This document shows, in pieces, positions 56,297-64,000 of a stretch of 64,000 bases of DNA. How positions within the stretch are numbered: position 1 is the first letter of the stretch; every line of letters begins with the position of its first letter. This stretch comes from Verrucomicrobiota bacterium. Its GTDB lineage: Bacteria > Verrucomicrobiota > Verrucomicrobiia > Limisphaerales > UBA8199. The translations under genes and the position numbers were made by a program. The stretch lies in the NCBI GenBank assembly GCA_050011195.1, contig JBEKJO010000011.1, positions 4,958 to 68,957 of the forward strand, given 5' to 3'. Under the pieces are notes generated by a model. The model was not told the origin of the DNA. It ran no database searches and saw only the letters and a list, made by a program, of their open reading frames with translations.

Positions 56297-58591
56297 TCAG
56301 TGCTTAATAATCAAGACGTTGAAGGCGACGTTGGTCGCCATAGCAACTGCATCGTCGTTGTAAATGCACCACTGCTGCTGGCTTGTGGCATAGTAAACAC
56401 CGATAGGGTGGGGATATTGTCCGACGGTGGTGGTACCCGCGGGATTGTAGTTATGTGTGACGAGGAGGATGGCATTGGGGTCGCCATTGCAAAGCGGGTT
56501 GTTGATAAACGTGACGGTGCCTTGATCATTGGCGGCCGTGGTCAGGTGGGTGAAGGCGGCCGTGCTGGTCTCGATGCCCGCGCCCACGACTTGAATGCCA
56601 CCCGTGCCAACCGCCAGTGCTATTGAGCTGGAACTTGCGCCTACGGCCTCGACACCCGGGCCGGCTGAAGAACTAATACCATAGACACCGGCACCGCCTG
56701 AAGAACTTGACCCATAGACACCAAAACCTCCGCCAGAAGTCGCTTGGGATACTCCAATCACTCCGTCACCACCGACATTCGTGGTTCCCGCAATCAAGCC
56801 ATTAGGCCCGGCAAATTCTCCCCCCCCTGCCCAGCCACTCCAGAGGCCGGCAGCAGTGCTGGCGGTGGCACCGCCCGATACGCCCAGAACGCCGGGACTA
56901 TAGATTCCCGTATTTGTGTTAACCACATTCAATTGCGCAACATTTTTGGTGATGGGGAGCGCATTGTTGGTGGTCCCAATGTTGACCATGCCGCTGGGAA
57001 ACCACTGCAGTGCCATGTTTTCCGTGCCAGATTGTACCGTCCCCAATCCCCCGCCGCTGTAACCGAAAAGCACCGGTCCATCCACGCTCACACCCGCAAA
57101 CGGCACCGTGTTAACCGCGGAAAAATAACCCAACCCGTGATTAACATCACTGCCATTGCGCAGGTAAAGGGCGTTGTTGTTCAGGCGCGTCGTGCCTCCC
57201 ACGCTTAATGTGTCAACGGGATTGGTGATGTTGATGCCAACGCCGCCGGTAGCGCGAATGAGGAACTGGTTGGCGGCGGTGGAAGCAAAGGTGCCACCAC
57301 TGGAATCCGCCCAGACAAACGCGCCGCTGTGCAGCGCCTGCGCTTGATCACCCAATGCCATGGAAAATTGTCCACCCGCAATGCTTGAAGAACCCATAGC
57401 GGTGGCGTCGAGATTGGTGGCTTGCGAGTATCCACCCGAAGCAAAAGAGTCATTGCCCGATGAAACTGCACCCTCACCTATCGCCACAGAACCGGGCCCG
57501 CTGGAGGTGATATTCCAGCCGATGGCGACGGAACCATTGGCGATAGCTTTCGCGTTCTGACCTAAAGCGACTTCGTAAGTGGTGCTAGGGCCACTGCCAA
57601 GCGTGCAATTGCCCATAGCCACTGAATTGTTAGTAGCCAGTTTCAACACCGGCGAACCGTTGACATCCAAATAAAGCGGTTGGCCGTCGGATGTGCCCAA
57701 ATAATTCACGCCCGCCGTAGTGCCCGCATTGCCGCCAATTTTCCAGGCGTTTCCCAACGCTGCCGTGGGCACCGTGCCGCTCGCCAATTGTGAGGCATTG
57801 AGGCTGGTTAGTCCGGCACCACTGCCGCTAAAGCTGTCGCTGGCGTTGTTCAGGGTCACCGCACCCGAGTACGTACCGGAAAGCAGACCCGAAGGCAGCG
57901 TGCCGGTCAGTTGGCTGGCCAACACTGTGCCGTCCAGATTCTCGGCTGTGATGGCGTAGGGCGTGGGGGTGAGTTCCTGCCGCGGACTCAAGGCGACGTA
58001 GCTGCCGACCCCGTTGCTGCGCACGCCGATCTGTAGCCAATAAGCGGTGCCGTTGAAAACACCGTCAAAATCCAGCAGGACGGTGAAGAGGCCATTGGTG
58101 ACGGGTACGGCGGTCAGAGTGATGGTGGAGCCCACCTGGGCGCCGCCACTGCTGGCGTTATACAACGCGTTGGTGAAGTCATAAAGGCCGGTCACGGGGT
58201 TGCCCCCGTTCTCTAACTGGCCCTGGTAGGTGAAGCCCGTGCCTTGGGCCTGTGCTGTCCCGGCAAAGCTCAAGAGGAGCACAGCCGCGAGTGGGATAGT
58301 TGCCTTCCCGCTGCCGCGCAGCGGAAGGATGATGTTGAGTATATTTGATGTCTTTTTCATAAGTTTGTGATCTTTCGTTTTGACCGACATTTCCCATTTG
58401 GTTTCTTGCCCACGACCAGCGCGGCCCTTTTTCGCGATTCTCTTCCCTCTCCACAGGTTTGCAAGTCCATTTTTCAGTCCGCCCTCCGTTTTTCTCTGGC
58501 AAAAGGGGTGTTCCGACGCCTTTTTGTGCTCCCAACGCCCTTTTTCTCCCGGATGTGAAGACACCCCTTCCGTGGTTTCCATTGTTTTCAT
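56297..58591 (-). CDS. Surface adhesin-like protein with YadA/Hep_Hag-type head repeats and a tail-fibre-like N-terminus
   Basis: FTYQGQLENGGNPVTGLYDF opening, repeats of the type SVAMGN...ALGQNAKA...SVAIG...SFASGG...ATAMGSSS...SMALGDQAQA, and a conserved C-terminal NPNAILLVTHNYNP...AFNVLIIKH. There is start ambiguity: the ATG at 58591 has a perfect AAGGAG 5 nt upstream, but the signal peptide begins at the in-frame ATG at 58360. Confidence 0.8.
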   Translation of the reverse strand: MKTMETTEGVSSHPGEKGRWEHKKASEHPFCQRKTEGGLKNGLANLWRGKRIAKKGRAGRGQETKWEMSVKTKDHKLMKKTSNILNIILPLRGSGKATIPLAAVLLLSFAGTAQAQGTGFTYQGQLENGGNPVTGLYDFTNALYNASSGGAQVGSTITLTAVPVTNGLFTVLLDFDGVFNGTAYWLQIGVRSNGVGSYVALSPRQELTPTPYAITAENLDGTVLASQLTGTLPSGLLSGTYSGAVTLNNASDSFSGSGAGLTSLNASQLASGTVPTAALGNAWKIGGNAGTTAGVNYLGTSDGQPLYLDVNGSPVLKLATNNSVAMGNCTLGSGPSTTYEVALGQNAKAIANGSVAIGWNITSSGPGSVAIGEGAVSSGNDSFASGGYSQATNLDATAMGSSSIAGGQFSMALGDQAQALHSGAFVWADSSGGTFASTAANQFLIRATGGVGINITNPVDTLSVGGTTRLNNNALYLRNGSDVNHGLGYFSAVNTVPFAGVSVDGPVLFGYSGGGLGTVQSGTENMALQWFPSGMVNIGTTNNALPITKNVAQLNVVNTNTGIYSPGVLGVSGGATASTAAGLWSGWAGGGEFAGPNGLIAGTTNVGGDGVIGVSQATSGGGFGVYGSSSSGGAGVYGISSSAGPGVEAVGASSSSIALAVGTGGIQVVGAGIETSTAAFTHLTTAANDQGTVTFINNPLCNGDPNAILLVTHNYNPAGTTTVGQYPHPIGVYYATSQQQWCIYNDDAVAMATNVAFNVLIIKH

Positions 58592-58612
58592 GCGACTCCT
58601 TTCACTTTTCCT

Positions 58613-58846
58613 TCATCCGGATGCCGCTGCGGGCAATCTCAGCCGCCCAATCCCTTCGAGAATAGCCCGGAACAACTCCCGAGGGACCGCCAATTCCGCC
58701 ATCTGGAAGATTATCTTCCGGGAATGGCGCACGACCTTAGCCCCGATCTTGATCAATTTCTCCCGCAACGTCGTCAACGTCCAGTGACGCACCGCCCGGG
58801 GCAACACGGCCTGCCGTAGGAAGTTGCCCAGGTTGTAGGCCAGCAC
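58613..58846 (-). pseudogene. C-terminal fragment of an IS1380-like DDE transposase
   Basis: LAYNLGNFLRQAVLP...WTLTTLREKLIKIGAKVVRHSRKIIFQMAE...RELFRAILEGI matches the conserved C-terminus of IS1380-type transposases. The N-terminal ~350 aa, including the DDE residues, are absent. Confidence 0.7.
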
Positions 58847-58852
58847 GAACAG

Positions 58853-58949
58853 TTAGGGTTCCCGCCGGAAGAGGACGATGCGGTTGGTGTTGGCGCCTTT
58901 GGCCATATTGTTCACGCCCCAGCAGTTGGCGGTCTTGGTGAACCGCCGG
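58853..58949 (-). pseudogene. Remnant 3' end of a second copy of the downstream methyltransferase gene
   Basis: These 97 nt align with 59866-59962 with 8 mismatches. The remnant keeps the frame and stop: FTKTANCWGVNNMAKGANTNRIVLFRREP* versus FTKTANCWGVDNMAKGTNTNRIVLFRREP*. Confidence 0.8.
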
Positions 58950-59822
58950 TCACTTGAGGAATGCGTCCACCTGGGCCGCGAAGGCATCCGGCTGGTCGAG
59001 CATGATGAAGTGGAACGAACCGTCAATGCGCACAATCGTCTTGTTCGGCAGCGGAGCAAAGCTTTCCCGATACAGGCCGTCGGACGTAGCCTGCGGCATA
59101 CCGGTCGAGGGGTCCCAGGGATAGAGGATACTTACTTGCGTCTTGATTTCGCGCAGCCTGGGGCGAAGGTCTGTCGTCATGTCTTCGTACAGGGCGCGAG
59201 CCACAACCGATTTGTCGGACGCGATGGCCCATTGGATTGCCGCCTGGAGGCCGTCGGGTGATTTGACGAGAGTGGGGAGGAATGTTTTTTCGCCCTGGGC
59301 GTAGGCGTCCTGGGTTTCGGCGAGGATAGTGTCGCGCATCGCGGCGGCTTGCGGGGCGGCGGCGGCGGCATTGGTCGCGCCGAACAGCGCGCTGAAAAAG
59401 GGGAGTGAATCCACGATCATGAGCTTGCCGGTGTCTTCCGGATGCTGAACTGCGAGCATCAAGCCCATCAAGCCGCCGAGCGAATGGCCGATGACCTTGG
59501 GGGCTTTCAGCTTATTGGTTATGATATAAGCGTCAATGGCATTGACCGTCGGCTGGATCACCGGCCCCTGCGCGTTGGCCCGCGGAGGTGAGCCGGCGAA
59601 CCCCGCCACCTGAATGATATGCAGGCGGCAGTGTCCTTCCAGGCGCGTGGCCGTAGCGTCCCACACGGCGCTGGAGGAGGCGAGGCCGGGGATCAGCACC
59701 ACATCCAAGCCCTTTCCCCGCACGGCCACCGTGATGCGGTCTGCCACTGGCTCCGCGATGGCGGTGGAGACATGCCAGGCCAGAACCCCGATTAGAAACA
59801 TTGTGAAGATGGATTTGCGCAT
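58950..59822 (-). CDS. Secreted alpha/beta hydrolase
   Basis: Signal peptide MRKSIFTMFLIGVLAWHVSTAIA. Nucleophile elbow GHSLGG. C-terminal SFHFIMLDQP provides the catalytic His context. The 84 upstream in-frame codons run through the heptamer repeat and into the methyltransferase gene, so they are not coding for this protein. Confidence 0.88.
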   Translation of the reverse strand: MRKSIFTMFLIGVLAWHVSTAIAEPVADRITVAVRGKGLDVVLIPGLASSSAVWDATATRLEGHCRLHIIQVAGFAGSPPRANAQGPVIQPTVNAIDAYIITNKLKAPKVIGHSLGGLMGLMLAVQHPEDTGKLMIVDSLPFFSALFGATNAAAAAPQAAAMRDTILAETQDAYAQGEKTFLPTLVKSPDGLQAAIQWAIASDKSVVARALYEDMTTDLRPRLREIKTQVSILYPWDPSTGMPQATSDGLYRESFAPLPNKTIVRIDGSFHFIMLDQPDAFAAQVDAFLK

Positions 59823-59830
59823 AATATTAG

Positions 59831-59865
59831 ATTGGTGATTGGTGACTGGTGATTGGTGATTGGGG
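59831..59865. repeat. Five tandem heptamers (ATTGGTG; CACCAAT on the coding strand)
   Basis: attggtg attggtg actggtg attggtg attgggg. They fill the gap between the methyltransferase stop and 8 nt before the hydrolase start. Confidence 0.85.
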
Positions 59866-61230
59866 TTAGGGTTCGCGGCGGAAGAGGACGATGCGGTTGG
59901 TGTTGGTGCCTTTGGCCATGTTGTCCACGCCCCAGCAGTTGGCGGTTTTGGTGAACTGCTGGTCGTTGATGAGCACGAGGAGTGGCTCGAGGCCGGCGGC
60001 GACGCCACAAGGCAGGACGGCCTCTTCGAGTTTGGTTTTGCCGCCATGAACCTCGCCGACCTCAAAGGCGACATGGCCGCCGGGTTTGAGGAGGCGGCGC
60101 AGTTCGTGGAAGACTTCGGTCATCGCGGCCTGCCAGGCGTCGAGTTTCTTCGGGACGGTCAGCTTCACGGCTTGGGCGTCAATTCCCAGAAACCAGCAGC
60201 GCAACCAGTTGTCGGTGGCGTAATCCACTACGTCGAGGAAGGGCGGCGAGGTGACGACCAGTGAGACGGATTGGTCGGGGATTTCGGGCGTGCGCGCGGC
60301 GGCCTGGGTCAGCAGGACGGCGCGGGGCGCGATGCCGGCCAGAACCTGCCGGGTGGCAGCGTCGCAGTCGCGCAGCAGAATGCGGGTCTTCTTGAGGATG
60401 AGGGCGGGCACGTCGCGGGGGGGCGGGGTTTGGTTCCGGCGAGCGTTGATCTTCCGCTGCGACTTGACGGAAACCGCCTGGTTGGGCGGCAGGGTATAGA
60501 CGGAGAAAAACCCCGGCGAATGGCCGGTCAAGCGGTTGAGCGCGAGCAGGCAAATCCAGTCATCCACGGAGTCGAGCGCATTGGCCGTCCGCCGGGCAAG
60601 GAGATACTTCTTGAGGGAGGCGATGGCGCGGAGGGTGTCGGGGTGAAAGAAGACCAAGAGGTCCTCGGGGAACTCATCGAACGCGGCGAAGTCAATTTGC
60701 CGGAGGCGTTGGGCGACGTCTTCGAGGCGCGGGGGGCGGAGGCGTGGGCGGGTCAGGACGACGCTCAAGGGGTTGATGTCGCAGCCGCAGGGGACGCGGC
60801 CCAGCAAAGCGGCTTCCAGGACGGTGGTGCCGCGGCCCATGAACGGGTCATAGACGACTTCGCCGGGCTGCGTGAGGCGCTCGATGAAAAAGCGAGGCAA
60901 CTGCGGTTTGAAGCAGGCGCGATAGGAAATCTCGTGGAGCGAGCTGGCCTGGCGCTGTTTGGCCGTCCAGAATTCGTTGACGAACGCGGGGACTTGGCGC
61001 GCCTGGCCGTGGGCGGCGGGGAAAGTGGTGACCAGCTTGCGAGTGGCCTGGCCAAACTCACGGTAAGAGGCCAGTTCGTCGGCCAGTGGTTGCCGGCGGG
61101 CGGGTTTGCGGCTCGGGGCGTAGGCCAGGGGCAGCTCCGGGGTTTCCAGGCGGGTGGCGATTGATGTGTTGCCGGCCAAGGGTGGCATTTGTGTGACACT
61201 AAGGAGAGCATGGGCAGTGGGGTTCGGCAA
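59866..61230 (-). CDS. N6-adenine/N4-cytosine DNA methyltransferase (N6_N4_Mtase type; motif I precedes motif IV)
   Basis: SAM-binding VVYDPFMGRGTTVLEA (FxGxG-like) near residue 130. Catalytic SLVVTSPPFLDVVDY (SPPF) near residue 335. Confidence 0.85.
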   Translation of the reverse strand: MPNPTAHALLSVTQMPPLAGNTSIATRLETPELPLAYAPSRKPARRQPLADELASYREFGQATRKLVTTFPAAHGQARQVPAFVNEFWTAKQRQASSLHEISYRACFKPQLPRFFIERLTQPGEVVYDPFMGRGTTVLEAALLGRVPCGCDINPLSVVLTRPRLRPPRLEDVAQRLRQIDFAAFDEFPEDLLVFFHPDTLRAIASLKKYLLARRTANALDSVDDWICLLALNRLTGHSPGFFSVYTLPPNQAVSVKSQRKINARRNQTPPPRDVPALILKKTRILLRDCDAATRQVLAGIAPRAVLLTQAAARTPEIPDQSVSLVVTSPPFLDVVDYATDNWLRCWFLGIDAQAVKLTVPKKLDAWQAAMTEVFHELRRLLKPGGHVAFEVGEVHGGKTKLEEAVLPCGVAAGLEPLLVLINDQQFTKTANCWGVDNMAKGTNTNRIVLFRREP

Positions 61231-61361
61231 GCTGGAAGAAAAAACCTGGAAAACGGGGCTTGCAAAGTGGCCGGGGCAAGTTTAGGCTCTCTGCTCTTTT
61301 CAGGAAAACCCTTGAGGGCGGGTGGGCCGGATGTGGCCGCCGCAGAAGAAGATGACGATTT

Positions 61362-61625
61362 ATGGCAGTTAAAATTCGGTTGAAGCGAATCGGGGCGAAG
61401 AACAAGCCCGCGTTCCGCATTGTCGTGGCGGATGGGCGCAGTCCGCGCGATGGCAAGTTCATCGAGGAGCTGGGCAGCTATCTGCCGCGGAAGAAGAATG
61501 ATAACTTCACGCTGGACCTGGAGCGGGCCAAGTACTGGGTGAGCAAAGGGGCGCAGCCGAGCGAGACGGTCGCCAGCTTCATCAAGAAGGCAACCAAAGC
61601 CGCCGCTGCCGCCGCTGCGGCATAA
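61362..61625 (+). CDS. rpsP: 30S ribosomal protein S16
   Basis: [40 protein letters not shown]. Confidence 0.95.
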   Translation: MAVKIRLKRIGAKNKPAFRIVVADGRSPRDGKFIEELGSYLPRKKNDNFTLDLERAKYWVSKGAQPSETVASFIKKATKAAAAAAAA

Positions 61626-61641
61626 CAATTGAGCGTGGCTT

Positions 61642-61887
61642 ATGCAAGCGTTCCTCGAATACGTGGTCAAAGGGCTGACGCAGAACCCGGAAGCGGTGAC
61701 GATTACCCCGGTGGAACGCGAGGGCACGACGGTCTATGAGTTGCGGCTGCATCCGCAGGACGTTGGGAGAATCATTGGCCGGCAGGGCATGACGATCAAC
61801 GCGATCCGCTCGCTCCTGCTGGCCGGCAGCGCGAGGAAGGGGCTGCGCTGCACGCTGGAAATCGTCGAAGACAAACCGGCGCGGTAA
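61642..61887 (+). CDS. KH-domain RNA-binding protein (YlqC/UPF0109 family)
   Basis: The VGRIIGRQGMTINAIR GxxG loop, ~80 aa, in the canonical position after rpsP. Confidence 0.9.
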   Translation: MQAFLEYVVKGLTQNPEAVTITPVEREGTTVYELRLHPQDVGRIIGRQGMTINAIRSLLLAGSARKGLRCTLEIVEDKPAR

Positions 61888-61974
61888 GCGGAGTTGGAGT
61901 TCGGGTCTCGGCTTGTTTTCCGCGAAGAGGCATCCGGCAGCGGCACAAGCTCAAGCTCGAACCCCAAGCGGAAG

Positions 61975-62640
61975 ATGAAAATAGACGTGCTGACGCTGTT
62001 TCCCGCGATGTTCGCGGGGCCGCTCGACGAAAGCATTATCAAGCGGGCGCGGGAAGCGGGGCGGCTGGATTTGGCGATTCATAATCTGCGCGATTACGCG
62101 CATGACCGCCACAAAACGGTTGATGACCGGCCTTTCGGCGGCGGACCGGGCATGTTGTTGAAGCCCGAACCGATCTTTGAAGCCGTGGAAAGTCTGGCGC
62201 GCCAGGGCACGCGCGTGATTTTGCTCTCGCCGGCGGGCCGGCCATTCAACCAGGCCATCGCCCGCGAGCTGGCGGGGCTGGAGCATCTGCTGTTGGTTTC
62301 CGGCCACTACGAGGGTTTCGACGAGCGGGTGCGCCAGAGGTTGGCGCAGGACGAGTTGTCGATCGGGGATTACGTGCTGACCAACGGCGCGCTGCCGGTG
62401 ATGGTGATTATTGACGCGGTCACGCGGCTGTTGCCGGGCGTGCTGGGCGACGCGGAAAGCGCGCAGGAAGATTCGTTCAGCCAGGGGCTGCTCGAATATC
62501 CGCAATACACGCGCCCAGCCGACTTTCGCGGCATGAAAGTGCCGGAAGTGCTGCTCTCGGGCAATCATGCGGAGATCGCCCAGTGGCGGGCCGAACAGGC
62601 GCGGCTGCGAACGGCGGAGCGCCGGCCGGATCTGCTTTAG
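61975..62640 (+). CDS. trmD: tRNA (guanine37-N1)-methyltransferase
   Basis: [13 protein letters not shown] start. Motifs [17 protein letters not shown] and [13 protein letters not shown]. Confidence 0.95.
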   Translation: MKIDVLTLFPAMFAGPLDESIIKRAREAGRLDLAIHNLRDYAHDRHKTVDDRPFGGGPGMLLKPEPIFEAVESLARQGTRVILLSPAGRPFNQAIARELAGLEHLLLVSGHYEGFDERVRQRLAQDELSIGDYVLTNGALPVMVIIDAVTRLLPGVLGDAESAQEDSFSQGLLEYPQYTRPADFRGMKVPEVLLSGNHAEIAQWRAEQARLRTAERRPDLL

Positions 62641-62719
62641 CAAACGGAGTGGTGGAGTGGTGGAGTGATGGGTATTTGGCCCAAGGCTCCAGCGCTCCCT
62701 CACCGCGATCGGACATTTT

Positions 62720-63112
62720 ATGAATCAGGCATTACTTGATAAAATTGAGTCGGAACAGTTTCGCAAAGACGCCGCGGACTTCGGCGTCGGTGATACTGTG
62801 CGTGTGCATACCAAAGTGGTCGAAGGGGACAAAGAACGCATACAGATTTTCTCTGGGGTGGTGATTGGCCGGCGGGGTCATGGTTTGAACGAGATGTTCA
62901 CCGTCCGCCGCATCAGCTACGGCGAAGGCGTGGAGCGGGTTTTCCCGCTGCATTCGCCGCGCGTGGAGAAGGTGGAAGTGGAGCGCAAAGGCTCAGTCCG
63001 CCGCGCCAAGCTGACTTACTTGCGCAAGCGCCTGGGCAAGGGCGCAACGCTCGTTAAGGAAAAAGAAGGCCGTGGAGCGGCTGACACCGCACCGGAGACG
63101 GCGCAGCCGTAA
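62720..63112 (+). CDS. rplS: 50S ribosomal protein L19
   Basis: [33 protein letters not shown]...[21 protein letters not shown]. Confidence 0.95.
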   Translation: MNQALLDKIESEQFRKDAADFGVGDTVRVHTKVVEGDKERIQIFSGVVIGRRGHGLNEMFTVRRISYGEGVERVFPLHSPRVEKVEVERKGSVRRAKLTYLRKRLGKGATLVKEKEGRGAADTAPETAQP

Positions 63113-63136
63113 GCGGCGGGACAGTTGACATTTGCA

Positions 63137-63161
63137 AGCGAGGCTCCGGCCTCGCTTTTTT
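63137..63161 (+). terminator. Intrinsic terminator after rplS
   Basis: AGCGAGGC-tccg-GCCTCGCT, an 8-bp stem, running into TTTTTT. Confidence 0.8.
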
Positions 63162-63236
63162 CAGAGAGCCGGGACGAGGAGGCTGTTCGTGTCGTCTTGA
63201 AAGCAATCTGGAATTAGCGGGCGGAACCGCTGGAAG

Positions 63237-63986
63237 TCACCACTCCAGGTCGCGGCCGGACAGGCCGTCCAGGGTGAGGTTGATGTCGGGCAAGTTGTCT
63301 CCGGCCGGCTGAATCGTGGCGGCGGAGAGATAGCTGACGTGGCCGTCCGCAAAGGCGTATTGGCGCTGGCCGCGCCAATCCCACCAAGTCACCACGTCCT
63401 TTGCATGGGCGCTGAGCCATTCCGCCGCCAACCCCTTCTGCGCCGGAAAACGGGCGTCGGCGGCTTTGCGCGACAAGCACGGAAACGGATTGCTTTCATA
63501 GAGGCTGGAGAGAGTCATGGCGTTGATGCTCGCGTCCGAAAAATAGGAAGCCGCCGTGTAACCGTAGGAGGTGCCGTCGTAGTTAGTGAGCGCCTCAGGG
63601 TCGCTCGGGCAGATCAAGACACCGGGGGAGAAATTCGTCGAAAGATCCGGGTTGTTGGCCGCGACCATCGCGCCGGAGAAGGCCAAATAGGGTTGCACGA
63701 CCCAGCGCCAGTCCCGCCCCATCCACAGAAACGGGTCGCCCGTGTTGGGCAAGCAATCTTGAAAGTCCGAGCCGTAGAGCGCGAAGGCCACTCCAATCTG
63801 CCGGAGGTTGCTGCCACAGCGGGTGCGTTTGGCCAACTCTCTCGCCCTGGCCAACGCTGGCAGGAGCAGCGCCGCCAGCAGGCTGATGATGGCAATGACG
63901 ACCAGCAGTTCAATCAGCGTGAACGCGCGCGGAGCACGTGGCCGCCCGGCGCGCCCAATTCGAACATGGCCGAGGATCGCAAGCAT
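63237..63986 (-). CDS. Prepilin-type N-terminal cleavage/methylation domain protein (DUF1559-like)
   Basis: [29 protein letters not shown] leader. C-terminal [11 protein letters not shown] (DG-H motif). Confidence 0.88.
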   Translation of the reverse strand: MLAILGHVRIGRAGRPRAPRAFTLIELLVVIAIISLLAALLLPALARARELAKRTRCGSNLRQIGVAFALYGSDFQDCLPNTGDPFLWMGRDWRWVVQPYLAFSGAMVAANNPDLSTNFSPGVLICPSDPEALTNYDGTSYGYTAASYFSDASINAMTLSSLYESNPFPCLSRKAADARFPAQKGLAAEWLSAHAKDVVTWWDWRGQRQYAFADGHVSYLSAATIQPAGDNLPDINLTLDGLSGRDLEW

Positions 63987-64000
63987 CGGCGACCAACTTA

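Noticed and set aside
59823-60074. The N-terminal 84 codons of the 374-aa ORF covering the hydrolase.
   Set aside because: This part reads through the heptamer repeat and the antisense-frame 3' end of the methyltransferase gene (Ser/Pro/Thr-rich). The hydrolase has its own Met plus signal peptide at 59822.

Overview
This is a high-GC bacterial chromosomal segment. Its gene content points to the PVC superphylum, most likely Verrucomicrobiota. Supporting features are three DUF1559/H-X9-DG prepilin-like genes with the [13 protein letters not shown](A/S)[10 protein letters not shown] leader, a PEP-CTERM protein, and a ~1900-aa autotransporter-associated beta-strand-repeat protein with a PA14 domain. 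Most of the window is ordinary. Housekeeping genes are nrdJ (5' end off-window), LOG, rho, cysK, an aspartate aminotransferase, sthA, dtd, an OYE-type flavin oxidoreductase, and rpsP-KH-trmD-rplS. Envelope and export modules are an OMP/Wza-like/Wzc-like polysaccharide export trio, an ABC/ABC-2/GldG/DUF4340 operon, and a DUF748 giant. There are also many secreted or surface proteins. I found no rRNA, tRNA or CRISPR. I did not find a recognisable multi-gene novel system such as a defence island. The stretches the gene list does not explain are: (1) a ~1.15-kb ORF-poor, hairpin-dense region upstream of cysK that ends in a strong intrinsic terminator; (2) an orphan near-consensus sigma70 promoter facing ~0.7 kb of lower-GC DNA with no credible ORF (55.1-55.8 kb); (3) three tandem small genes, two clearly paralogous and one with a zinc ribbon, upstream of dtd; (4) a recurring TTATTCAC/GTGAATAA hairpin or dyad motif at several intergenic loci; (5) a small accessory patch (54.8-59.9 kb) with adhesin-like genes, an IS1380-type transposase remnant, and a 97-nt duplicated methyltransferase 3' end flanking an alpha/beta hydrolase; (6) microproteins below the ORF-track cutoff, including a 33-aa bS22-like ribosomal protein. 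The many long ORFs antisense to real genes are GC-driven shadows.
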